From Octopus sinensis (Eukaryota): 64,000 bases of DNA. Below are positions 51,116 through 64,000 of the stretch, in pieces. The notes beneath the pieces were generated by a model. The model saw nothing but the letters and a program-made list of their open reading frames with translations, was not told the origin of the DNA and ran no database searches. The stretch covers positions 63,922,001-63,986,000 of the forward strand of contig NC_042999.1 of the NCBI RefSeq assembly GCF_006345805.1. Direction: 5' to 3'. The position numbers and the translations under genes were made by a program. Numbering within the stretch: position 1 is the first letter of the stretch; every line of letters starts with the position of its first letter.

Positions 51116-51181
<66 letters not shown>

Positions 51182-51733
51182 GGTTAATTAACATGACATA
51201 GAATTATCATCGGAAGAAGGTCATGCACAGGAACTCGAACGGATGCAAGGCAGATAAGGCCTTTCGTCTCTTTAGCTGCTCGTCTAAGAGAGGATACTCC
51301 ATACAAATCTTAAACCCTGATTACTGGGCTCATGGTATTTGTTGCACCCGACCAATACAAATTTGAAAGACATGAGAGTGAAACGGGGTTATATTACCAA
51401 CATAATAATATTCATCGTGTAGGTTGTTTAGTAAAGGATGACATCAGTATCAACACAATCATTGTTTTTACATAAGTACAGGGGCAGTAGGAAAGGAGCC
51501 GACGTGGACAAGTAGAGGATGCTCCTGGAAGTCTTCAGCTTTGATCGTGCACAAGGAGCTGGCCGTTTTGGGCGTGTCTCGCTGAACATTCATACTCCGA
51601 AGCGACGGGAGAGTCTACCAGTTATAAAGACCAAACCCTATAAAAATCATTAAAATCCGTGAACGGTAAAATATTTTTGTAAATTGTGGAAAGTGTTTTC
51701 AAAATTTGTGTGGCGGTGTGGTAAGTAGCTACA

Positions 51734-51897
51734 GGCGTAGGAGTGGCTGTGTGGTAAGTAGCTTGCTTACGAACCATATGGTTCCGGGTTCAGTCCCACT
51801 GTGTGGCACCTTGGGCAAGTGTCTTCTACTGTAGCCTCGGGCCGACCAAAGCCTTGTGAGTGGATTTGGTAGACGGAAACTGAAAGAAACCCATCAA

Positions 51898-51947
<50 letters not shown>

Positions 51948-52155
51948 TGTGTGTGTGTGTGTGTGTTTGTCCCCCTCCCCCAACGTCACTTGACAACCGT
52001 TGGCTGTGTTTACATCCCCGTAACCTAGCGGTTCGGCAAAAGAACCGATAGAATAAGTACTAGGCTTACGAAGAATAAAACCTGGGGTCGATTTGCTCGA
52101 CTAAAGGCGGTGCTCCAGCATGGCCACAGTCACGTGACTGAAACAAGTAAAAGAG
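51734..52155 (+). mobile_element. SINE family A
   Basis: Full-length match. Confidence 0.85.
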
Positions 52156-52369
52156 TTTAGTTGTTGTTGAAGTTGAGGGAGTTTGAAAAATAGTCAGGTG
52201 ACAGGTACTATTTTTTCAAGAAATTTTTCTTCAACCCTGACTCGATTGTAATTAAGAAAGCTAATAAAATATCTGCATAATTGTTAGTGTTGGATTCTAC
52301 ATAATCTCTGTTAAGTTTTACATAAATTTTTGTCTCACACAAATATCTAATTTGCATCCTTCAAGACTT

Positions 52370-52550
52370 CCATGCTTCCTGAGATTCGCCAACACTACAC
52401 TTGATTTTCTCCCCTCCATACACACACAAGCATGTTCACTTTCCAGACATTTCTACATTACTGCATGTACTTTATATGCACTTTCTGACAAGTTGTGGTT
52501 CACCTGAGCACTGTATACAATAATTTCATTATTATTATTATTATTATTAT
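52370..52550 (+). mobile_element. LINE 3' UTR fragment with (ATT)n tail
   Basis: cacctgagcactgtatacaataatttcatt(att)n; reverse copy at 27735-27785. Confidence 0.55.
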
Positions 52551-53486
52551 AACTTTCAAGTTTCAAAAAATTGGGTCATGTTAAATTCTAATGATTTCTT
52601 CTCTTCAACTGCAGGGTGCGTAAATATATATATGGAAGAGAGCCACTCCAACAGATCGGGAAGAAACTATAGAAAATATTTTATGTTGAACTTTTAGAAT
52701 TAGTCAAGTTTCGTTAACTGTATATCACGTGCTATTTTTCCATGATCCTCTTTCATTTGACCAAGATATTTAAAATTTTTGTCGCATTTCTGATCTTTCT
52801 GATGTCTAAGGATGGTTGTTTAAGTGTATGAGTCTTTTTTCAAATAAATCTTACGCTGAATCTCCCTGGGAACTAAGTTAAGGGTACGCGAAGTGCTCAG
52901 CCACTTGCACGTTAATTTCATGAGCCGGCTGTTCTGTCGATCAGATCAATTGGAACCCACGTCATCGTAACCGACAGAGTGCCAGTTATATATGTTATAT
53001 ATATACGTATATATAAATGTGTGTGTGTGTGTGTGCTGAGACCCCACTTCGGTCGTGACTAACCATGGGATTGCACCTAGAAAGTTACCCTCCCAGGCAC
53101 AAGTCCGAGCAAGGTTGAAGACCAGCAGTCGTCGCTCATGCATACCAGCCTTTCCTCTTCACGCCACCAGTGTTATCCAAGGGAAAGGCAAAGGGGCTGA
53201 TACAGCTTGGCACTTGTGATGTCGCAACTCATTTCTACAGCTGAGCTGGAGCAATGAAATAAAGTGCTTTGCTCAAGAAAACAAACACACTGTCTGGTCC
53301 GGGATTCGAACTCACAACCTCACGATCGTAAGCGCGACGCTCTAACCACTGAGCCATGCGCCTTCACAAGGGTCCTAGACAGCTTCATTTTGGCCCCACC
53401 TTCACTCATAGGGCCTTCAATAAATGACTAGAGTACTACAAGTGTACTGAAGTCAAAAGATCCTACTTTGAAGGATATATATATAT

Positions 53487-53524
<38 letters not shown>

Positions 53525-53525
53525 G

Positions 53526-53556
<31 letters not shown>

Positions 53557-54343
53557 TGTGTGTGTGTGTGTGTGTGGTGTGGTGTATGCATGTATGAATG
53601 TATGTGTCCATATACGTGGGTTGTTTCCTAGATCAACCTATTAGTGTAATTCTGGAGAATTAAAGAGGCAAATCTTATTCATTTTGTCCATCTACCTCTA
53701 CAGGAACTTGTAAAGAAGTCTTTCGGAACATCTGTCTCATTTAAGTTTGAATTTTCCTGTTTTTGTCGGGATTTTCCCTTTATTTTTCATGCATTTTAAA
53801 AGAAGAATTTAAAAAATCCATGTCTTTTAAATGTTGGTATCTCCCCATCCAGCCCACACACATACACTCATCGTGCCTATGGAACAGCAACAATCACTAA
53901 AATAATATTTCTTCTTTTTCATAATTCTCTGTCATTTTACCGTATTCCACATTCTGAAACATTTGTAACTCACATTAAAATAAAAAACGTCTGACCCCCA
54001 CCCCTATATTACACTTTTCACAATAAAAGAAAGATCAAACACCGCAAGTGGATGTGCGAGAAACGAAATTTAAATTTTGAAAGGTGTATCTATAAAGCGA
54101 AGTTTTCAGTCATTTATTTAAACTTTCTCTGCTAACTCATCAAATTCAGTTACCATGACAGCATGGACAACGGACTTTAAATGATGTTAATGAAATAGAT
54201 GGGTAAAAGATTTAAATTTGGTGATTTTCCAAGATTTTAATTCTTGTGTATGAAGGGTTCACCGAACTTGAAGAACCTCGGGTTCCTCATGGTTTAAATA
54301 CAGTCCTGGCTAGCAGCAGCTATGAATTCTTCCATACGGCTTT

Positions 54344-54491
54344 TCTTTTACTTGTTTCAGTCATCCGACTGCGGCCATGATAGATCACCGGCTTTGGTCG
54401 AACAAATCGACCCCAGGACTTATTCGCCGAACCGCTAAGTTACGGGGTGGTAAACACACCAACATCGATTATCAAGCGATGATGGGACGGA

Positions 54492-54535
<44 letters not shown>

Positions 54536-54690
54536 CGGGCTTCTTTCAGTCTGCGTCTACCAAATCCATCACAAGGCTTTGGTCAGCCCGAGGCTATAGT
54601 AGAAGACCCGAGGTGCCACGCAGTGGGACTGAACCCGGAACCATGTGGTTGGGGAGTAAACTTCATACCACACAGCCACTCCTGCGCCTA
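54344..54690 (-). mobile_element. SINE family A
   Basis: Its head half is duplicated at 55255-55415. Confidence 0.8.
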
Positions 54691-55923
54691 TGGCGTGTAA
54701 CATGAACTAATAAACTCGGCATATACACTAATATCACTTTCCATTAAATTTGAAACCTTATGTGTTGTCTGGTCAAGAAGGGAACTAAAAATGAGTCACT
54801 GTTTTGCATGATGCCATTCCTAAGACTGCTGTAATGAAGTTGAGATCAATTACTTCAAAGGAATTTCCTATGTTTAGAATGACAGCTAACAGGTCTGTAA
54901 CACGACACCGTCAACGATGTTAAGGTGCTGACACTTCCTTATGATGGCAAATATTTTCATCGTTAAACATTTATATTTAATAATTTGCAGGCATGACTGT
55001 GTGGTTAAGAAGCCCGCTTTGCAACGACGTGGTTCAAGGTTCAAATGCGTTATGAGAAATAAACAACAAGATGTTGCTTATTTAAATGATGAAGACTGGT
55101 TAAATGACATTGCTTTCTTAACTGACATCACACAACATCTTTCAGATTTAAATGTTAAACTGCAAGGTAAAAGTCATCTTTCGAACACATTTGATCCTTT
55201 GAAAAGAAATTGCAACTTCTTCAGACACACACACACCACACACACACACACACACACGACGGGCTTCTTTCAGTTTGCGTCTACCAAATCCATCACAAGG
55301 ATTTGGTCAGCCCGAGGCTATAGTAGAAGACCCGAGGTGCCACGCAGTGGGACTGAACCCGGAACCATGTGGTTGGGGAGTAAACTTCATACCACACAGC
55401 CACTCCTGCGCCTATGGCGTGTAACATGAACTAATAAACTCGGCATATACACTAATATCACTTTCCATTAAATTTGAAACCTTATGTGTTGTCTGGTCAA
55501 GAAGGGAACTAAAAATGAGTCACTGTTTTGCATGATGCCATTCCTAAGACTGCTGTAATGAAGTTGAGATCAATTACTTCAAAGGAATTTCCTGTTTAGA
55601 ATGACAGCTAACAGGTCTGTAACACGACACCGTCAACGATGTTAAGGTGCTGACACTTCCTTATGATGGCAAATATTTTCATCGTTAAACATTTATATTT
55701 GATAATTTGCAGGCATGACTGTGTGGTTAAGAAGCCCGCTTTGCAACGACGTAGTTCAAGGTTCAAATGCGTTATGAGAAATAAACAACAAGATGTTGCT
55801 TATTTAAATGATGAAGACTGGTTAAATGGCATTGCTTTCTTAACTGACATCACACAACATCTTTCAGATTTAAATGTTAAACTGCAAGGTAAAAGTCATC
55901 TTTCGAACATATTTGATCCTTTG
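54492..55923. repeat. ~724-bp tandem duplication, about 99% identical
   Basis: cacgacgggcttc at 54531 and 55255; about 8 differences seen. Confidence 0.9.
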
Positions 55924-57078
55924 ATCAGTACAACAGCACTGTGGAGGCGCAATGGCCCAGTGGTTAGGGCAGCGGACTCACGGTCGTAAGAACGCGGTTT
56001 CGATTCCCAAACATTGTGAGTGTTTATTGAGCAAAAACAACTAAGTTCCACTAGGCTCCGGCGGAAAGGGGGAGGGTGAACCCCGCTGTACTCTTTCACT
56101 ACAACTTTCTCTCACTCTTTCTTCCTACTTCTGCCACTATGGTGTGGTAAACTTCCAGACCCTATTCTAGATTGCGAAGCCTCTGTACCCAAGGATGGTT
56201 CAGCTCTCCACCCGTTAAAAAAGCCACCGTTTACGGAATGAGAATAACAACGTAGCTTTCGCGCCTGTGCAACCACCAGTCTATCGCGTGTGATGGGTGG
56301 ATCTTCAAGTTGCCACACGCATTCTTAGTAGATTAGAGTAGGTTCGAATTAGAGATTATTCTTTGTGGCTAATGGCGTGAGTCCTGATTGGAAGAAGAAG
56401 AACAACAACAACAGCACTCACTCATTTTCTCAGTCTAGCAGTCAGAAAAAGCAGATTGTCCCAAATATGCTGAAAGTGTTGGCAAGTTGTGTGCTGAATT
56501 TACAAGCAGATTTGCTGATTTCAGGGAATGTGAAAGTGAGTTCAAGGTGTTTTCTCGGCCATTTTACATGGCACCAGAGGGCAGTCCTGATTGGTGTCAA
56601 ATGGAGCTGATAGATTTGCAGTCTGATATGGACTTGAGAAGAGCATACGATAACGATGACTTGATAACCTTCTACAAAAATTATGTATGCGGAAGGCATC
56701 CAAATTTGGAGCAACATGCCAGGAAAACGACACCCCTTTTTGGCAGCATATATTGTTGTGAGCATTTCTTCTCAAGAATGAAATTCACCAGAAACAGATA
56801 CCAAAGTCAGCTCATAGACGAACATCTGACTTGTTAGGTTCGAGTTGCTACCACATCAGTCAAAGCGGACATTGATAAATTGTGCAGAAACACAAAATAC
56901 CAAGTCTCACATTAATAAAGCTAAACTTAATTTTATTCGTCTTTATTGTTTAAAAATGTAATTTTATGACTCAATACACTAGGTGTCATTAGATTACATG
57001 TTTTTGATAGTGACTGACCCTAATTGTCGTTTCAATGTAGGAAAGTGGCCCACCAATGAAAAAGGTTACACACCCCTA
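55030..57078 (+). mobile_element. hAT (Charlie/GTF2IRD2-like) transposon 3' remnant, interrupted
   Basis: LNDEDWLNDIAFLTDITQHLSDLNVKLQGK, then MELIDLQSD...FGSIYCCEHFFSRMK (dimerisation domain); 3' end aaaggttacacaccccta. Confidence 0.8.
55941..56407 (+). mobile_element. SINE family C head with a distinct 3' module and (GAA)/(CAA) tail
   Basis: TSD acaacagcact at 55930-55940 and 56408-56418. Confidence 0.8.
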
Positions 57079-57139
57079 CTATAGACCAATGTCTTGTGAG
57101 TGATTTTGGCTGACGGAAGCTATGTAGAAACCCGTCGTG

Positions 57140-57204
<65 letters not shown>

Positions 57205-57234
57205 CTCTCTCTCTCTCTATATATATATGTGTTT

Positions 57235-57455
57235 CTTTATTGCCCACGAGGGGCTAAACATAGAGGGAACAAACAAGGACAGACAAACGGATTAAGTCGA
57301 TTACATCGACCCAGTGCGTAACTGGTACTTAATTTATCGACCCCGAAAGGATGAAAGGCAAAGTCGACCTCGGCGGAATTTGAACTCAGAACGCAACGAC
57401 AGACGCAATACCGCTAAGCATTTCGCCCGGTGTGCTAACGTTTTTGCCAGCTCTC
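57235..57455 (-). mobile_element. SINE family B
   Basis: Family B. Confidence 0.85.
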
Positions 57456-57727
57456 TCTCTATATATGTGTGTGTGTGTGTACTGGAGTCGATGTGTCTGT
57501 GTGTGTATATTGGGGTCGATTTGTGTGTGTGTGTGCGTGTGTGTGTGTGTACTGGGGTCGATTTGTTCAACTAAACCCTTTAAAGTGGTGTCTCAGAATG
57601 ACCACAGTCCAATCACTGAAAAGGTACAACACCGCTAGTTTCAGAATCAATCAAGGGTCCCGAGCTCCACCACGATGGGGTTTCAAATCACTTTGTCAAC
57701 CTATTTCATTTTCAGTTAATGCATTTA

Positions 57728-58050
57728 ATGTGAAGGCGCGTGGTTTGGTGGTTAGAGTATTTGGCTCTCGACCTTACAGTCGTGAGTTCGATTCCAGGTC
57801 GCGCGTTGTGTCTTTGAGCAAGACACTTTATTTCAAGTTGCTCCAGTTCACTCAGCTGGCAGAAATGAGTAGTACCTGTCTTTCAAAGAATTAGCCTTGT
57901 CACACTCTGTGACTCTTTGTGAACTATGTTAAGGGTACACGCGTCTGTGGATTGTTCAGCCATTTACAAGTTAATTTCACGAGCAGGCTGTTCCGTTGAT
58001 CGGTTCAATTGGAAGGAACACTCGTCGTTGTAACCGACGGAGTGCTAGTT
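57728..58050 (+). mobile_element. SINE family E
   Basis: tRNA-like head gtgaaggcgcgtggtttggtggttagag...gagttcgattcc and CORE-like gtgtctttgagcaagacactt. Confidence 0.8.
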
Positions 58051-58086
58051 CGATGCATTTAATATTCTTTTTTAATAAAAATTTGC

Positions 58087-58340
58087 TTCTATATTCAAGA
58101 GATGAGGAATTGTGTACATCATTTACATTATTTTCATTCGACGGATATTTGTCCTCATCTTGTTTGTTGTTAACACAACGTTTCGGCTGATATACCCTCT
58201 GATATAACCACTACGCCATGTGTCCACGGGCATATGGCATAGTGGTTAAGAGCGCGGGCTACTAATCCCAAGATTCCGAGTTCGATTTCAAGCAGTGACC
58301 TGAACAACGGCGACTACAACAACAACAACAATAATAATAA
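58087..58340 (+). mobile_element. Second copy of the tRNA-head/HHR composite (plus arm truncated by an insertion)
   Basis: Inverted tail with the 3' half of the HHR (58171-58199), inverted head fragment, then head with A/B boxes and (AAC/AAT)n. Confidence 0.7.
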
Positions 58341-58342
58341 TA

Positions 58343-58897
58343 AATGCCCTGATGCAGTACCAGACTGTGGCTCTCGTGGCTTCTGATCTTAACTGATTGG
58401 AAGTGTTATCATGTACATTGTTTTGTCTTGGTATAAAAGATGGGCTACAGCAAATATTCTGCTCAATACCACAGATTTGCCTGTCAGTTGTTTGACCTTA
58501 ACCAGGTGAGCATTTCCCTTAGTGACTTTCGATATGTGCATCTCTGATCATGAGTAGAAGTAGTGGGGGAGCATCACAGCCATGTGCTGAGAGGAATTCT
58601 TTGGGGCTTGGATAATTCAACCTTGGAAACATGGGTTTTTCATTCATCATCCTTAAACAAACCTTATTCAGTGACCTTGTGAGCAGGATGGGTTACTTGA
58701 CCTGAAGAAAATTCTAACTGAGCCCCACCTGCAAGATCATGCGCTGTGTATCTTGATATGAGATCACCATGTCTCGCATATGGTTGTGATTCACGTGCCT
58801 GGTGTACCCTTATCAGACAGGTAGTCATGATGGGCATACTGGGTTTCGTATATTTTACCCCAGTGTCACTTTGATGGCATGCACTGCTCTCTCACTC
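58343..58897. mobile_element. (AAT)n-embedded ~550-bp element, second copy
   Basis: Homologous to 10446-10987. Confidence 0.8.
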
Positions 58898-58961
<64 letters not shown>

Positions 58962-60817
58962 TTAATAATAATAATAACAACAACAAAAACAATAGCACTC
59001 AGAGAAGGCAAACCTCCATCAAGGCAACACCAGCATCCTCTCAATGATTAGCTGGAGATGATTTTTAAAACGAGAATATCTAAAATATATTCGACTGCTC
59101 TCACAAATGAGAATACTAAGAATGAACCCAATCACTCTCAAAAGTTAAGTTAAAAATCTCAGAAAAATAATCCAGAATCCTTGTCCAGTACCTGATCAAT
59201 CCCAATGGTAGTCATGGAATGTGAAGGTGAGTGTCCGCGCCGTGTTTGTAATGCTGTGTGTGTGTGTCATCTGCAGTTGAAACAAATACAATTTTCTCTA
59301 TGAAGGCCTTTTTTTTTAGTCTATCCAGTGATATAGTGTCTTTACGACCATTAAAGGTCTATAGTGAAAAATTTATCCGTGCGTGAAATAAAATGGAAAG
59401 GAACTGCATACGGTGCTGTTAATGGAGGTTTAACAACATCGTTGCGCACAAAAACATGAGTCCAAGAAGTAAAGCTTCCTTCAAGACAGAGCTAGAAATG
59501 CAATTGTCAAGTAGGTAAGAGGTTATAAACAGAAGCGGCATATTTAGAATTGGTAAAACTAAAAGTTGTCAAAGATAAATTAAATTTATTATTGTTACTG
59601 AATACGTTAGTGTTATTTAATTTCTGAACGGTTTTGCTGCTGTTTGTTTATGTAGTTTGGTTTCTTTATTCATCAGTTTCTACTGAGATTGAGACGCGAG
59701 TAAAATTAATAATAGAGAAAGGAAAATAAAACTTTGGAAACAGCAACGCTGCCATAACTTACGTGGAAACCGTGAGCGTGCTTTCAAGGGAGGTAATCAA
59801 GAGAAGGACTTAAAAGTGAACGTAAGATCGTAATACTTCATGTAAAGTAAATATAACAAATAATCCAGAATCCTTGTCTGGTACCGGATCGATCCCAAAA
59901 TCTAACCAGCTCATGCCTGTCATGAGGCCAAACATACCAAGGAAAACAAACAAACACGACTGAAAACAATACCTCCGCCTTCCTTAAGGTGGAGGTAATA
60001 ATAACTATAATTCTTTCTAATTTTGGTAGCTGGCCAGCAATTTTGGGAAACGAATCGATCCCTACTTAACCGGTACTTTATTTTATGGACACCGGAGAAA
60101 TGAAAGGCAAAAATATCCTCGGCGAGATTTGAACTAAGCCCGTAAAAATGACAGAACAAGTACTGCAATACATTTTCCGGAGCTCTAACGATTATGACAC
60201 TCAAAACAATATTTATTTGTGTATTAGCTATATTGGCTCGATAAAAATGAAATACGAAAAGAATGTGAGAGTTATTTTGCAAAGTCGTCATACTATACAT
60301 ACGGTCAGAAGCTAAAAATTGATAAAAGCGCACATGGAATAAGAAAAAAAAAAAGGACATAGTATAATAAAATCCATAATAATTAAAAAAAGATATACTT
60401 TATAAAGTAAAGTGATGAATGGAAAGAAGAGAAAAAATTCTCGTTTGGATCGTCGCCCACACAAAAGAGAAGCTACTGGCTAGGTTAGGTGGGAACAGAT
60501 CAACGTCTCAACACTCCTCTTATTTCTGGTATTGACTTCCTGTGCACCCACAGGCGTCTGTTGATGTAGGTTTTTCTTGGAAATAACCCACGTATATGGA
60601 TACATACATACATAAATAAATACATGTATGTATGTATGTATGTATGTATGTATGTATGTATGTATGTATGTATGTATGTATGTATGTATGTATGTATGTA
60701 TGTGGGTGTGTGTGTGTGTGTATGCATATTTGTATATATATATTCGTCTATTTATACATATATGTCTATATATGTATATATGTACGTATATATACATATA
60801 CATACGTATATTTATGC

Positions 60818-60871
<54 letters not shown>

Positions 60872-62254
60872 TATGTGTGTATCATGTGTGAGTGTGTGCG
60901 TGTCTACGTATACATATTCTTTAAGATCGTATTTAGGTCATCTAGCAAAGTGATGAAAATTTCCTACTGACTTCATATTTTTTCTGGGGACGACCTATTT
61001 TATTCTATGTTCTCCGGCTCAGCTGGTTGCCGAGAACATATATTAGAACGTCAAGAAACCCAACTAAGTGTACGCGAAATTCTTTGCTACACTGTGTCTA
61101 TACTCCACCTCTAGAAATGCCTCCCATCAACTTAAAAGGACACAAAGTGGCAATAAATAAAATATTTACGAAACAGCATGAACTTGTTTCTATTAAATTA
61201 AATTCTCCTTCTTTTAGGGCAGTGAGTCTTAAACATCTTTTTTTTACCTATAGGCTACTTTGATTGTTATTTTATTCGGGTGAACTTCCACAGCCATTCG
61301 ATGTTTTAAAAAATATTATATTTTTTATAATTAAATATTATAAGAAATTGTACAAAAATAGTTAAAATATTTTGTGTATCGCAGAAGTATAACCAATTTA
61401 TTGCACACATTTTAACAACAAAATCTTATATGAAACTGCAAGGGTCATGTGGACCCCGGTTGAGAACTACCGTTTTAGAGAGAATAGAACTGGATGAAAA
61501 TTGACAAAGAAATAACCTTGAATTCGTTTCATTTTTATTTAATCGTTAGTTTGCTTCCCCTTCTCCATCCTCATCATCGCATTTTGTCAACTCATTGAAG
61601 TTATCCGTCAGAACGACACTCTTTAGAAAAATGGCGACCTGATGGGGGCAAAATTAGAGTTTCACAAACTGCCGTTTCTCGGAATTCCAATTTAACATTT
61701 ATAAGTTTGTTAGGATCAGATGATGATGGGCAAGAGTTTGAAAGGAAATAGGGGACATATACAACAACAAGAAAACAAGAATAACAGCAGCAACAAAACG
61801 CAGACATGTTCACACAAACATCGTGAAACTAGGTGAGCTGCGTCTTCCGAAGATGGCGAGTGTTTGAGAATGTCACCGTGTCAAGTTTATATATCACATG
61901 TTCAACAATATTCTGTTAACAGACGGGAGTCTGAATATCATACTCTCATACTCGTAGGAAGAAGACTGACGTATGTTTAAAAATAGCTTGTTTTGTTCTA
62001 CTACTACTACCACCACCACCACCACCACCACCACTACCACTACTACTACTACTACTACCACCACCACACCACTATCACCTCCAATAACACCAACTAATTC
62101 TCACTGTGATGGTTATATGAAATATAACAGATTTCAGCAGTTTTTAACACTTCTTTATTTTTGGTAATTGTGCAAGTTATTCTAGTTTAGTGCATGGTTT
62201 AACATATAGGTTACATTAGGCAAATTCTGTGCGAATTAAAAAAAAATTAATTCT

Positions 62255-62400
62255 GTGAATTTTGGCAAAATGTTATTTTTTATTCAGCGAATTTTCGTAA
62301 AATATTTTTTTTTATTCGGTGAATTTTGGTAAAATATTATTTTTCATTCGGTGACTTTCGGTAAAATATCATTTATTATTCGGTGAATTTTGGTAAAATA
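62255..62400 (+). repeat. Degenerate ~30-bp tandem repeat
   Basis: ttttattcggtgaattttggtaaaatatt, about 5 units. Confidence 0.7.
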
Positions 62401-62509
62401 TTTACTATTATAAAATGTAATAATTCAATGAAGGCTTTGAGTTGGAAAGATTCCCTTTTTTGAATGTCTGTCTGTTTTCCGCATTATATACAATCCCTTG
62501 GCTCACCCC

Positions 62510-62540
<31 letters not shown>

Positions 62541-63619
62541 CCCAGCACAGCCCTTTTGATCCCATTGTATTTATTACTCTTTTATCGCCAGGCACAGGCA
62601 TAGCTTTGTGGTAAGAAGTTTGCTTCTCAACCACCTGATTTCGGGTTCAGTCCCACTGTACGGCAACTTGGGTGTCTTCCAATTAAGCTCCAGTATGACC
62701 AGCCTTGTGAGTGATTTTATTGTATGCATCTATGTATGTGTGTTTGTGTCCCATCCCCTTTCCGCTTGATAACCGGTTTGGTCTATTTTTGGCCTCCTTA
62801 ACTTAACGGTTCGGCAAGGAAACAATAGAATAAAAGCTGGACTTAAAAAATAGTGGGATCGTTTATTCGGCTAAAACCTTACAAAGTGGTGCAGCTGCGT
62901 GACTAAAGTCTGATGACTAAAACAATTCAAAGTTAAAAGATACAACTGTTTTGCACATCTTTTATACAGCTTCCTTGTTGCCATATTTTATGCATCTTCC
63001 ATGCTTTCATCCTCTAGATGCAGGTATGGCTGTGTGGTTAAGACACCCGCTTTGCAATCGCATGATTAAGTGTTCAGTCCATCTACGTGGCCTCTTGGGT
63101 ACGTGCATACCGATTGAATAGGCAGAGGACTTGAGGATGAAAGCATGGAAGATACATAAAATATAGCAACAAGGAAGCTGTGTAAAAGATGTGCGTAGCA
63201 TAGCTGTATCTTTTATCTTTTGAACAAGTACTAGGGCCGATTTATTTGACTAAACCCTTCAAAGCGGTGCACCAGCGTGGTCACAGTCGAATGACTAGAG
63301 CAATTGAAACATAAAAGAAAGATAACTGTTATGTTCCTATTTTTAAACGGTATCCTTGATACAATCTTTTACACAGCTCTCGTATCTCCAGGTTGTATAA
63401 ATCTCTCTTGTTTTCATTGCAGTTACAGTTCTTTCGTTGCCATTTATACGGTTCTCTTTTATATACATCTTATATACAACTCTCTTTTTCACATCTTTTA
63501 TATAACTTCCTCTCTTTTATGCAATTCACTTATTCATATCTTTCACACGATTCTCTTTCCTTCTTTCTTACAACTCTCTTCTTTTATAAGTCTTATACAT
63601 CGACTCTAGTGCTCAGTTA

Positions 63620-63990
63620 ATACTTATTTTATCGTCTCCCAAAAGATGAAAGGCAAAGTCAACCTCGGCGGAATTTGAACTCAGGACATAAAGACCGACG
63701 AAATGCCGCAAAGCACTTTGCCCGGCGTACTATCGATTCTGCTAGCTCGCCGCCTCGATTGTAATATTAATAATAAAAGTAAGGCAGCGAGCTGGCAGAA
63801 TCGTTAGCACGCTGGGCGAAATGCTTAGCGGTGTTTCGTCCGTCTTCGTGTTGTGAGTTTAAATTCTGCATAGGTAGACTTTGCCTCCCATCTTTCGGGG
63901 TCGATAAAATAAGCACCAGTTGAGTACTGGGAGCCGATGTAATCGACTTATTCCCTCCTCGAAATTGCTGGCATTGTGCTAAAATTTGAA
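63620..63990. mobile_element. Two divergent SINE family B copies (63620-63755 minus, 63780-63990 plus)
   Basis: Head-to-head family B sequences. Confidence 0.75.
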
Positions 63991-64000
63991 ATCAATATTA

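Noticed and set aside
51180-51650. Unique, slightly GC-richer segment with short protein-like frames
   Set aside because: There is no frame of 60 codons or more, no recognisable motif and no convincing splice-site pair.
56487-56837. 116-aa ORF as a domesticated GTF2IRD2/EPM2AIP1-like gene
   Set aside because: It is fragmented, frameshifted, interrupted by a SINE and ends at a transposon terminus, so it is a decayed hAT.
59214-59232. Possible first coding exon ATGGAATGTGAAG|gtgagt
   Set aside because: It is very short, abuts a repeat, and has no promoter or downstream exon support.
61628-61858. YY1-like (aaaatggcg, aagatggcg) and ETS-like (cttccg) motifs suggesting a promoter
   Set aside because: These are short motifs followed by immediate in-frame stops and cannot be supported without TSS data.

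Overview
This is AT-rich, microsatellite-dense eukaryotic DNA, most likely from an octopod cephalopod (inferred from the tRNA-derived SINE families; not confirmable without a search). No intact host gene is demonstrable. The window is a nested graveyard of SINEs, RTE and REL-type LINE fragments, Penelope-like elements (PLEs), Tc1/mariner and hAT DNA transposons and one solo LTR, with a 100-N gap at 48800-48899. Nearly all supplied ORFs are microsatellite or transposon artefacts. The main unexplained signal is a set of about ten hammerhead-ribozyme (HHR)-like motifs in at least five short non-coding element families. These include a tRNA-headed (pol III) element carrying a minimal HHR, with the same inverted 5' architecture at two loci; an HHR with a 92-nt stem II insertion; core-variant HHRs; and a CUGAUGA-containing 36-bp minisatellite leading into head-to-head HHRs. 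Also notable are a 240-nt symmetric minus-strand candidate exon split by a SINE, a second candidate exon, a decayed ankyrin-like relic, an (AAT)n-embedded element and many long fold-back inverted repeats. All alignments and folds were done by eye, and no ribozyme activity has been tested.
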